DNA from: a bacterium
Lineage (GTDB): Bacteria > Bacteroidota > Ignavibacteria > UBA10030
Reading direction: 5' to 3'
Length of the DNA: 64,000 nt
Assembly (NCBI GenBank): GCA_043803945.1
Contig: JAZDJN010000101.1
Coordinates: 1-64,000, forward strand
Both the position numbers and the translations under genes were made by a program. Shown one piece after another: positions 40,568 to 49,887 of the stretch. The notes under the pieces were generated by a model, which was not told the DNA's origin, made no database searches, and saw only the letters and a list, made by a program, of their open reading frames with translations. The stretch's first letter is position 1. Every line of letters begins with the position of its first letter.

Positions 40568-43500
40568 TCATACTGTAAAATAGCGTGCTTCCGGATGATG
40601 CACAATTATAGCTGATGTGGATTGTTCAGGTTCCATCTGATACCCTTCTGTCAGCGAGACCTCTATCCGCTCTGGTGTAAGCAACTGAAAAAGTTTAACC
40701 TGATCTTCGAGTTTCGGGCATGCCGGGTAACCGAAACTATACCGCGATCCCTGATAGCCCTGACTGAACAGTTTTTTAATTTCCTTTGCATCACGATCGG
40801 CAACGCCCAGTTCTACGCGGATACGCTTATGCCAATACTCCGCCAGCGCCTCCGTAGTTTCAACGCTTAACCCATGGAAATACAGATAATCCTTGTAATT
40901 ATTCTGGGCATATAAATGAGCAGAGTGTTCGCTCGCCTTCCTTCCAACAGTGACAACGTGGCAGGCAAGAACATCGTACCTCCCTGAATCCGTGGAAGCA
41001 AAGAAGTCGGCAATGCAGAGGCGTTTGCCTGACGATTGCCTAGGGAATGCAAAGCGAATAGGCGCTGAGAGATTCTTATCCGGGATTGAGGGATCAAAGC
41101 CGGGCAAAGGTTGATACACAATCAGATCATCACCAGATGATTGACAAGGGAAGTAACCATAGACTACCCTGGGTTCAAGCAAGTACTGTTGTTGCGCCTG
41201 CGCTTTCAGGAATTCGAAATCGGGATAGACCTGTTTCTTCAGAAGCTGCTGATAAGCCTCTGCACTCATCGTTCCCCGGACAACTCTCCATTGCCCCCGG
41301 ATCAGTGCTACTTCATTGATGAAGGGATAGAGCTCCTGAAGATCGAGATTGGTGACGACCTTCGATCCCCAGAATGGAGGCTGCGGTATCTGATGATCAT
41401 GCCGGATTGTGATGGTGTGACTTTGATAAGTTAAAGAGATCTCAGGCTCCTGCTGAAGGCTCATTGCAATTTTTGCTTCTGATCCTGTCAGCGTCTCTTC
41501 ATCCACAGATTCCTGGAGTGCGGCAGCATCACCCTGCCCGGATTTAATCTGTTCGAGTAATCGGAGGCCATCAAAGGCGTCATTTGCATAGTAGACTCTT
41601 CCCTTATAGAGCGGGCGTAGATCAGATTCGACATAGCGGCGTGTGAGGGCAGCACCGCCGAGAATGACCGGTATGGTCAGGCCCCTCTCATTCATCACTT
41701 CCAGATTTTCCTTCATGATGAGTGTCGATTTGACTAAGAGTCCGCTCATACCGATTGCATCGGCTCGACGCTCCTGAGCTGCATGCAACATTGTTTCGAC
41801 AGTGCATTTAATGCCAAGGTTGATGACCGTGTAGCCATTATTCGTCAAGATGATATCGACCAAATTCTTTCCGATGTCATGCACATCGCCCTTAACCGTC
41901 GCAAGTACCAACACTCCCTTGCCGCTCCCTTCAGTTTTTTCCATAAAAGTCTCCAGATGAGCAACGGCCGTTTTCATGGCTTCCGCAGCCTGCAGGACAA
42001 ATGGCAGTTGCATCTGTCCCGAACCGAAGAGTTCGCCCACCCTCTTCATACCCCCAAGGAGGATGGTATTGATGATTTCGAGGGGTGTGTATGTTTTCAA
42101 TGCCTCATCAAGATCACGCTGGATACCCGCCTTGTTGCCATCGATAATGCGATTTGTTAATCGTTCTTCCAATGGAGCAACTGCCGATGCTTCTTGATAC
42201 TCCACTTCCTGCTTTTGTACTGCACCATACGTGATGAGTTCAGTCAGCGGATCGTAGACCAGCGTCCGATTTTCTTGTTCTCCTTCATAGCGGCGCTTAT
42301 CGTAAATAAGATCGCTGCAGATCGACCGCAGCTGTTCATCGAGTTTGAACAGGGGAAGTATCTTGGATGCATGGACGATCGCCATATCGAGCCCGGCTTC
42401 CACCGCGTAATGCAGAAAGACACTATTCACGGCATGCCGCGCACGCGGTGCCAATCCGAAGGAGATGTTACTGACACCCAGCAGCGTTTGGACTTCGGGG
42501 AATTCCTGTTTGACTCTCCGGATAGCCTCGATCGTATCAGCTCCGGCATGGCGGAACTCCTCATCACCGGAGCCTAGGGTGAAGGTGAGCATATCGAAAA
42601 TCAAGTCATGCGGCCGCATCCCGAATCGGCGCACGGCGAGATCATAGATTCTCCGTGCAACCTCAAGTTTTTTCTCGATCGTTTTCGCCATTCCCTGCTC
42701 ATCGATTACGAGCGCAATCACCGCAGCGCCATAGCGTTTGCAGAGATGGACAATTCGCTCCAGCCGTGCTTCCCCGTCTTCAAGATTAATCGAATTGACG
42801 ATAGCTTTTCCACTCACGCGCTGGAGCGCCTCTTCGAGGACATTCACCTCAGTAGAATCGATGACTAACGGGATGGAGACCTGCGTATTAAATCGCGGAA
42901 CCAGTTCCCTCACATCCGCTGCCTCGTTGCGGCCAACGTAAGCGACACAGAGATCCACCATATGCGCCTGTTCTTTTGCCTGTTCACGCCCCATCGCCAC
43001 CATGGACTCCCAATCCTCACGGGCAAGAAGATCGCGGAACAGCTTGCTGCCATTGGCGTTCGTTCTCTCACCCACGAGCGTAGGAGCCGGTTTAGTTCTA
43101 TAGGGAACCGCCTGATAGAGGCTGGATGCCGCTGGGACAAACTCGATCGAGCGCGGCCTTGGAGCAAGATTCCCAACAGCATCGACAAGCTTTTTAAGGT
43201 GGCTCTTCGTCGTTCCGCAGCATCCGCCGACCGCCTGAACGCCAAGATCTTTTACGAAGTGGGAGAGATACTCAACAAATTCCTCAGGAGAGAGGTGGTA
43301 ATGCGCTTGTCCTCCAACATTTTCCGGAAGACCGGCATTGGGCATGACGAACAATGGCATTGGGCTGGAGGAAGCAAGTGCGTGGATATGCTCCGACATC
43401 TCCTTTGGCCCTGTGGCGCAATTCATGCCAAACAGATCGATATCGAACGGTTCAAGCGAAGTCAAGGCTGCAATGATTTCAGTCCCAAGCAACATGGTCC

Positions 43501-44104
43501 CGGTCGATTCAATCGTGACGGAGACACTCACCGGTACTTTCTTCTTGAGATCGCGAAAGCAATCGGTGATTCCGCAAAGTGCGGCTTTTGCCTGAAGAAT
43601 ATCCTGGCAGGTTTCCACCGAAAGCAGATCAACACCGCCTTCGAGCAAACCTTTCGCCTGAACATAATAGGAATTCAGCATATCGGGAAACGCGATGTGT
43701 CCTAATGTGGGCAGCTTCGTTGTAGGCCCGAGTGACCCTGCCACAAACCGCTGATGGCCTGACTGGGAAAAATCCGCCGCAACGCGCCTGGCAATTTGTG
43801 CTGCCTTGTAGTTCAGTTCATACGCACGATCCTGGAGGTTATATTCGGCGAGCACAATGGACGCACCGCCAAAGGTGTCAGTCTCGATAACATCGCATCC
43901 CGCGTCAAGGTAATCGGCATGGACATTTTCGACAGCGCTCGGTTTGGCAATGACGAGGTACTCATTGCACCCGTTGTATTCTTCTCCTCCAAAATCATCG
44001 GCCGTTAAGCCCTGGCTTTGCAAATGTGTTCCAGTTGCACCGTCGAACACCATGATTTTTTCTTTGAGAACATCGAGAAATGATTTTTCCAACGCGAATC
44101 TCAT
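40568..44104 (-). CDS. metH: Cobalamin-dependent methionine synthase
   Basis: DGATGT, NCATG, GGCCG, GERTNANGS, DVHDIGKNLV, RYSFGYPACP; start placed at ATG 44104. Confidence 0.96.
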   Translation of the reverse strand: MRFALEKSFLDVLKEKIMVFDGATGTHLQSQGLTADDFGGEEYNGCNEYLVIAKPSAVENVHADYLDAGCDVIETDTFGGASIVLAEYNLQDRAYELNYKAAQIARRVAADFSQSGHQRFVAGSLGPTTKLPTLGHIAFPDMLNSYYVQAKGLLEGGVDLLSVETCQDILQAKAALCGITDCFRDLKKKVPVSVSVTIESTGTMLLGTEIIAALTSLEPFDIDLFGMNCATGPKEMSEHIHALASSSPMPLFVMPNAGLPENVGGQAHYHLSPEEFVEYLSHFVKDLGVQAVGGCCGTTKSHLKKLVDAVGNLAPRPRSIEFVPAASSLYQAVPYRTKPAPTLVGERTNANGSKLFRDLLAREDWESMVAMGREQAKEQAHMVDLCVAYVGRNEAADVRELVPRFNTQVSIPLVIDSTEVNVLEEALQRVSGKAIVNSINLEDGEARLERIVHLCKRYGAAVIALVIDEQGMAKTIEKKLEVARRIYDLAVRRFGMRPHDLIFDMLTFTLGSGDEEFRHAGADTIEAIRRVKQEFPEVQTLLGVSNISFGLAPRARHAVNSVFLHYAVEAGLDMAIVHASKILPLFKLDEQLRSICSDLIYDKRRYEGEQENRTLVYDPLTELITYGAVQKQEVEYQEASAVAPLEERLTNRIIDGNKAGIQRDLDEALKTYTPLEIINTILLGGMKRVGELFGSGQMQLPFVLQAAEAMKTAVAHLETFMEKTEGSGKGVLVLATVKGDVHDIGKNLVDIILTNNGYTVINLGIKCTVETMLHAAQERRADAIGMSGLLVKSTLIMKENLEVMNERGLTIPVILGGAALTRRYVESDLRPLYKGRVYYANDAFDGLRLLEQIKSGQGDAAALQESVDEETLTGSEAKIAMSLQQEPEISLTYQSHTITIRHDHQIPQPPFWGSKVVTNLDLQELYPFINEVALIRGQWRVVRGTMSAEAYQQLLKKQVYPDFEFLKAQAQQQYLLEPRVVYGYFPCQSSGDDLIVYQPLPGFDPSIPDKNLSAPIRFAFPRQSSGKRLCIADFFASTDSGRYDVLACHVVTVGRKASEHSAHLYAQNNYKDYLYFHGLSVETTEALAEYWHKRIRVELGVADRDAKEIKKLFSQGYQGSRYSFGYPACPKLEDQVKLFQLLTPERIEVSLTEGYQMEPEQSTSAIIVHHPEARYFTV

Positions 44105-44138
44105 CCTTCTGATTGATCGATTATGCTCCGAGCACCCT

Positions 44139-44170
44139 AAAACAAAAAACCCCAACTCTCAGCGCTGGGG
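44139..44170 (-). terminator. Intrinsic terminator in the metH leader
   Basis: CCCCAGC-loop-GTTGGGG followed by TTTTTTGTTTT on the minus strand. Confidence 0.8.
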
Positions 44171-44189
44171 GGAATAGCTCTTCATCCAA

Positions 44190-44241
44190 CGCTTTAGCAC
44201 TTTGTCATGTGGCTGCAAGCTGTCTTTCAAATCACCACAGT
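44190..44241 (-). ncRNA. SAM-II class riboswitch
   Basis: Minus strand GTGGTGATTTG..GCTTGCAGCCAC..ACAAAGTGCTAAAG matches the SAM-II (SAM_alpha) consensus; upstream of metH. Confidence 0.85.
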
Positions 44242-44391
44242 GTAACATAAGAAAGAATGGTACGAACTGCAAGGCGTTGGTTCTGCTGAATTATTGAGTG
44301 AACACCACGTCATGAAGCGAAGGACATCCATGGCGAGAGGAAAAGCTTAGACAGAAGGAGCAATGGACTGATGCGGCAGAGAACCGACTCC

Positions 44392-45423
44392 TTATGAGGG
44401 AGTCAGGATAATCTTCCCAAACTGCTTTCCTGCTTCGACAATCTCGTGCGCTTCACGTACGGCATCAAGCGGCAGTACCCGATCGATGACAGCTCTGAGT
44501 TTCCCCTGCTCTACAAATTTCAGGATGGAGACCAGATCTCCTTTCCGTCCCATGGTTGAACCTATGATCTGGAGCTGCTTATAAAAAATATAGCGCAAAT
44601 CCGTTTTTGCCTCATAACCGGATGTGGCGCCGCACGTAATGAGCTTGCCTCCCTTTGCAAGCGATTTGATACTCTCCTCCCAGACTGCCTGCCCTACATG
44701 ATCAATGATGACATCCACGCCGCGCTTGTCTGTGAGTTTTCGAATTTCCTGACCTACATGTTGATGCGTGTAAAGGATGACGTGATCCGCCCCGAGCATG
44801 AGAGTCTTTTTTGCTTTCTCCTCTGTGCTGGTTGTGGCAATCACCCTGGCACCGAATAATTTTGTAATCTGCACTGCCGCACTTCCAACTCCACTGCCTG
44901 AGCCGACGACGAGCACATCCTGCCCGGGTTTCACATGGGCTTTCTCCACAATCATCTGCCACGCGGTGAGAAATACTAATCCGATCGCCGCTGCTTGCTC
45001 AAACGAGATCGCTGTGCTCAATGGTATCACATTCTTCCCGGGTACAGAGAGATACTCTGCATCGGCTCCATCCCGATGCTCGCCGATCAGGATATAGTCT
45101 TTGCACAAATTATCGTCGCCGTTGAGGCAATCCGCGCAGTGCCCACACGAGATCCCCTGAGCCACGATCACACGGTCACCCGTTTGCACATGGCGGACCG
45201 CAGCGCCTGTTTCAGCGACAATGCCTGCGGCATCCACGCCAGGGATCATCGGCAGCGGGATCTTTACACCAGGTAATCCCCGCCGGACCCAGAGATCCAT
45301 GTGGTTGATGGACGTTGCCTTAACGTTGACGAGAACCTCGTCCGGTCGAATGGTTGGAGTGGGAATTTGTTCCAGGAGTAACTTCTCAATGCCGCCATGC
45401 TCATGAATGCGAACGCATTTCAT
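44392..45423 (-). CDS. Zinc-binding MDR dehydrogenase/oxidoreductase
   Basis: CGHCADC..C, GSGSGVG, CGATSG, GSTMG. Confidence 0.9.
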   Translation of the reverse strand: MKCVRIHEHGGIEKLLLEQIPTPTIRPDEVLVNVKATSINHMDLWVRRGLPGVKIPLPMIPGVDAAGIVAETGAAVRHVQTGDRVIVAQGISCGHCADCLNGDDNLCKDYILIGEHRDGADAEYLSVPGKNVIPLSTAISFEQAAAIGLVFLTAWQMIVEKAHVKPGQDVLVVGSGSGVGSAAVQITKLFGARVIATTSTEEKAKKTLMLGADHVILYTHQHVGQEIRKLTDKRGVDVIIDHVGQAVWEESIKSLAKGGKLITCGATSGYEAKTDLRYIFYKQLQIIGSTMGRKGDLVSILKFVEQGKLRAVIDRVLPLDAVREAHEIVEAGKQFGKIILTPS

Positions 45424-45520
45424 CAGAGAATTCCTTCATAGTATTGCGGAAAAAGTATCTAAAATTGGAGGCAAACTCAAGGGAGGGGGGAATTCTGACT
45501 TGCCACCTCACATTCCATAA

Positions 45521-45890
45521 GTTCCCCGAGTGTCCGACTCGATTCAATGAATCGAGTCGAGACCTCGACGGATTCGGGGCTTCTGTCGGCTTGCCCCGAC
45601 CTGTCCCGACTTGTCCCGATGCTTTATATCGGGATGCTTTATATCGGGATGCTTTTTATCGGGGGGATCTACTATGCACTACCTTTTCGCAGATCCCAAA
45701 CAAAGACATTTTGGGATCACTGGCTCTTTTCTATCTGCTACCCAATACTCGATGAGTTCCCCGAGTGCCTGCCCCGAATTCTTTTTTCGGGGCTTCTGTC
45801 GGCTTGCCCCGACCTGTCCCGACTTGTCCCGACGTTTTATGTCGGGATGATCTATATCGGGATGCTTTTTATCGGGGGGATCTATCATGC
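45521..45890. repeat. Array of alternating inverted palindromes left of GIY-YIG
   Basis: GTTCCCCGAGTG..TCGG..GGATCT alternating with AGATCCCAAACAAAGACATTTTGGGATC; self-nested inserts. Confidence 0.85.
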
Positions 45891-46005
45891 GGATCAATGG
45901 TATAATTATGCTAACAACTCATGCCTTGAAATTAACTATCCCGTTTCATACTATTCACCACCAATCATTCGATATCCTCATCGCACCGAAAATCCAACAG
46001 GGGGT

Positions 46006-46301
46006 ATGCTATCAGCAAAGGATACTTCTACATTGTTTCAAACTACACAAGCACAACTCTCTATTGCGGATCCACTGTTGATCTTGACTCAAGGATCCGC
46101 CAGCACCGATCCGGTGAGGGAAGCAAATTCTCAGCAAAATATAACTGCAAATATCTTTTATACTATGAAGAATATGATACTCTCGAAGAGGCCCTCCTAC
46201 GCGAAAAGAGGGTAAAGCGCTGGAACCGTGAGTGGAAAATGCGCTTGATCAAATCGATCAATCCAGATTTAGAAGACCTTTGGGAAAAAGAATGGCTATA
46301 G
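46006..46301 (+). pseudogene. GIY-YIG nuclease family protein, 5' frameshift
   Basis: KGYFYIVSN..LYCGST.DL..RIRQH..YYEEY..ALLREKRVKRWNREWK..NPDLEDL*; ATG 46006 is one base out of frame (GCAAAGGA). Confidence 0.85.
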
Positions 46302-46310
46302 CACAAACAA

Positions 46311-46700
46311 GTGTTCCCCGAGTGCCTTAGTCGGGGATCTATCATGCAGTGTAGTTCATTGGCCATTTGGCAGATCCCAAACAAAGACACTTTGGGATCG
46401 CTGGCTCTTTTCTATCTACTACCCAACACTCGATGAGTTCCCCGAGCGCCTTAGTCGGGGATCTATCATGCAGTGGAGTTCATTGGCCATTTGACAGATC
46501 CCAAACAAAGACATTTTGGGATCGCTGGCTCTTTTCTATCTGCTACCCAACACTCGATGAGTTCCCCGAGTGCCTGCCCCGAATTCTTTTTCGAGGCTTC
46601 TGTCGGCTTGCCCCGACCTGTCCCGACTTGTCCCGACGTTTTATATCGGGATGCTTTATATCGGGATGCTTTGTATCGGGGGGATCTATCATGCAGTGTA
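46311..46700. repeat. Array of alternating inverted palindromes right of GIY-YIG
   Basis: Same units as 45521-45890; ~80-bp core repeated at 45690, 46371 and 46495. Confidence 0.85.
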
Positions 46701-46774
46701 GTTCAATGCTGTTTGATTTTTTTCTAAATCGGTTTTAAGGAAAGTTCCAGACCAAAGAGGTGTGGATTGGTAAT

Positions 46775-49700
46775 TTACTTCGCTTCTGAGAGGCCGAAGA
46801 GATCCTGGTCGAATTTGAAGCTGAGGGAGACGAATGGGCCTTTGCTCCAGAGGGAATAGTCAATAAGATCCTGCTCTTTATAGCCCTTGAAGTTGTAGCC
46901 GGTGGTGAGGCGCAGATTCTTTGCAACGGCGTAGCCAAGCTCTACACTGTACCCGTTCAGCAGGTCATTCGCTTCAATCTGATGCAAGCCGCGATATTCT
47001 GCTCCGACACTCCAGGCCTCGCTGATGTTATAGTTGGCGTGGATGAGTCCAAAGAATGTATGACTGCTCGAGGCAAACGTTGGCGATTCTTCATCTGAAA
47101 GTTTGAATGCCGTTTTAATTGCGAGTTCGAATCTCCGTACCGGTTCAGTATATGCATGGAGTGAAAAGATCGTGGCCGAATTATCAATGTAGGGCTGGAG
47201 GTAGCGATTTGCATCGCCCTTGATCTCAAACTTCGCGATGGCATTGAAATCGTTCGACTCGGTCGGGCGATAGGCAAGCCCGGTAATCAAATGAGAGAGT
47301 TTCCGGTAGCCTGAGGACTTCGTCGAGATGTCATTAGCCAGCCGATATTTAAAGATGAAACCAAAATCGTTATGGAAGCGGTAATCGCTTGCTATAAAAT
47401 AATTAATTTTTCGACTGATATAATCGTTAGCGAACTCAACCTTTGCACTTGCCTTCACTGCGGACTTCGGCAAATATTCCAAACCGCCGGAGATTGCATA
47501 ATGATCCTGCGTGCCGATCTCACCGACACGCTTAATAAAGCTCTTCGCTTGCTCGAAACTTGCATTGCCGGAAAGGTCATCGGTGATTTTCACGGTATTC
47601 CTCAAACCAATGCTTCCCATATTGCGCTCGCCGGAGATCAAATTCCCGATCTCATATTTTGCAAAAACCTCTGTACCCTGGAATACTGTCGATTTAATAT
47701 TAACACCGGTCAGAGAGCCGCCGCCTTCAACAAATTTATGCTGGCCGGCGATGGAAATCGATTGAATCGGTCTGTACTCCGCGATGACTGACGTGCCGTT
47801 GGGCCGTGCAAGATCCTGTTCCGATGCCAGGTTTCGTTCATGCTCGAGGCCAACACTGAAGCGGTTGGAAATCTGGAATGCGGAAGTCAGCGCTGCGAGC
47901 GAAGAGTGCGTTGCATCTTTCACTGTCGTCGAGTCAAGTGTCTTCGATTGGAGATCCTCAAAGCGGAACTTCCCCGTCCACCAGTCTGTCACCTTTGCCT
48001 CGAATGCCCCGAGCAGAGAGGTCCACTCCATCTTGCCCATAGGAAGATTTTGCGAAGCTTGATAATATTCCGTATGGATCTTGGTACCTTTGGAGATCTC
48101 GTAGGCACCCGTCAGGCCATATTTTTGAGAACCGAGTTCACGCCGTCCACCCGACTGGGTAATATTAAAGAATCCCACATCGACATTGCGATAGTACCCT
48201 TTAAGATTCAATCCTGTCGCGAGCATGGCATTCGATTCAACCTTATAGGCAATCCCGCTGCCATTGATGTTTGATGACTGGCCGAACTCGCTGAGAATGG
48301 AAAACTGGTCGTTGACCTGCAGTTTTGCATCAACTCCGAAGAGATAATAGTTCTTGGGTTCCTGTTGTTCTGTGATGCCGGTGAGTCCGACGTGGATACT
48401 CTTCCCAAAATTTCGTTCAACCCGGCCGCCGGCAACATAGGAGCTTGCACCGTAGGTTTTCGCTTCGAAATGCACAACGATAAAGATGGGATTACCGGCA
48501 ACATCGATGGCAGGCATCGGCTGTTTGAAGAAGAGCGAACCCTGTTCATAGTCGATGTCATAATCCTGGAATCGTGTCATCAGATCCCGCCTGATGAGAA
48601 CCTCGGAGTGGAACCGGTCGCGTGTCTCAATCGTCACCTGCTCGGAGCCGGGAGTGATGGTGGTGTATCCAAGGAAATAGAAGCCGGAAATCCCTTCCCC
48701 CCTCTTCTCGACCTGAACCTGCTTACGATCCGTGAGAGATCCGAAGCCACCGACCTTCCACTCATCATCCTGTAGGTTTGCTTTCACACCATTCAGGGTT
48801 CTGTTATAAGCGGTAAATTCCTGTTTCGTGAGATCAGAGGTAAAGTCACCCAGGTGGATGTAGCTCATGTTCTTTTCGATCTTCGCGAAGAAGTTCCGAT
48901 TCGTCTGTGCATCGTAGAAAAGCATGCTATTATCGCCATAGATCGTATAGAGATAATCGGGATCGACCTGGCGGAAGAACTTCGAATTATCCCGACGATC
49001 GGTGTCCACTGACAACTGAAGCAGATAACCATCGCCGACGGTTCCACGGGCGTAGGCTGCCAGCCGTCCATGACGATTGAACTTCTCCGGGTAGGCATCG
49101 AACGGTGTTACACCGGTCTTGTCACCTTTGGCCTCGTAGTATCCTCCCGTGCCGGTGGCAAGACCAACAAGTGAAAATTGCTCTATCGGCGTTGTCAAAA
49201 GCAGATCTGAGCTTGCTTCTAAGTCGGAATATTTTGCTCTAAACACGATCATCCGGGGTGATGATCCCGCTTGAAACTCAAAGTGTGCTTCCCCTTTGAC
49301 CAAATGCAACTGCAATCCTGGAGCATTAGGATCAAGATCCTTCGCAATAAGGATTCCACCGCTGTCCGCAGCCAATGTGACATTGATATCCCGATCGATT
49401 TGAGCATTCCACCTATCATACATCAGCACAAGTCCATTGATTTTCGATTTTCCATCTGCACTTATGCTATTTTTTTCGAATTGGATTTGAAGCTCGACCG
49501 GTGAACCAAAGATGTGAATGTTTCGAATTTGAGATGCTACGTATTGACCAGTCCCTTCATAAAGCTTCAGTTCATATTGGACGGGACCTTCAGGAACGGT
49601 AACACCGATGAACTCTAACGCGCCATCAATTCTCACCTCAGACTTTTGTACGATTTTACCGTTGACCAAAAGAGAGGCAAAATGCCCAATAGGAGCGGTT

Positions 49701-49879
49701 GCTATGACAGCTTGACTTCGAACATCACTTTTCAAACTATCTGGCGGATACGTGATAACGAATTGACTAAACGTCATAGGAGCGATTGTACACAGCGCAA
49801 CCAGGACAAAGAGAATTCTTACAACATCTCTTTGTCTGCTGGTGACCCAATTGCTATATGTATGGCTATGCGCTTGCAC
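46775..49879 (-). CDS. Large outer-membrane beta-barrel protein with N-terminal Ig-like domains
   Basis: Signal peptide; ADGKS Ig segment; YTIYGDNS, YNRTLNG, DYDIDYEQG motifs; many amphipathic strands; C-terminal VSLSFKF. Confidence 0.75.
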   Translation of the reverse strand: MQAHSHTYSNWVTSRQRDVVRILFVLVALCTIAPMTFSQFVITYPPDSLKSDVRSQAVIATAPIGHFASLLVNGKIVQKSEVRIDGALEFIGVTVPEGPVQYELKLYEGTGQYVASQIRNIHIFGSPVELQIQFEKNSISADGKSKINGLVLMYDRWNAQIDRDINVTLAADSGGILIAKDLDPNAPGLQLHLVKGEAHFEFQAGSSPRMIVFRAKYSDLEASSDLLLTTPIEQFSLVGLATGTGGYYEAKGDKTGVTPFDAYPEKFNRHGRLAAYARGTVGDGYLLQLSVDTDRRDNSKFFRQVDPDYLYTIYGDNSMLFYDAQTNRNFFAKIEKNMSYIHLGDFTSDLTKQEFTAYNRTLNGVKANLQDDEWKVGGFGSLTDRKQVQVEKRGEGISGFYFLGYTTITPGSEQVTIETRDRFHSEVLIRRDLMTRFQDYDIDYEQGSLFFKQPMPAIDVAGNPIFIVVHFEAKTYGASSYVAGGRVERNFGKSIHVGLTGITEQQEPKNYYLFGVDAKLQVNDQFSILSEFGQSSNINGSGIAYKVESNAMLATGLNLKGYYRNVDVGFFNITQSGGRRELGSQKYGLTGAYEISKGTKIHTEYYQASQNLPMGKMEWTSLLGAFEAKVTDWWTGKFRFEDLQSKTLDSTTVKDATHSSLAALTSAFQISNRFSVGLEHERNLASEQDLARPNGTSVIAEYRPIQSISIAGQHKFVEGGGSLTGVNIKSTVFQGTEVFAKYEIGNLISGERNMGSIGLRNTVKITDDLSGNASFEQAKSFIKRVGEIGTQDHYAISGGLEYLPKSAVKASAKVEFANDYISRKINYFIASDYRFHNDFGFIFKYRLANDISTKSSGYRKLSHLITGLAYRPTESNDFNAIAKFEIKGDANRYLQPYIDNSATIFSLHAYTEPVRRFELAIKTAFKLSDEESPTFASSSHTFFGLIHANYNISEAWSVGAEYRGLHQIEANDLLNGYSVELGYAVAKNLRLTTGYNFKGYKEQDLIDYSLWSKGPFVSLSFKFDQDLFGLSEAK

Positions 49880-49887
49880 GTTTGCTA

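Noticed and set aside
44105-44390. Cobalamin or SAM-I riboswitch upstream of metH
   Set aside because: No B12-box or SAM-I core seen; the leader fits SAM-II instead.
45547-46215. 222-aa ORF as a real gene
   Set aside because: Its first half translates palindromic repeats and its second half is an off-frame reading of the GIY-YIG gene.
45521-46700. CRISPR array
   Set aside because: Repeats alternate in orientation, intervening sequences are themselves repeated rather than unique spacers, and no cas genes are present.
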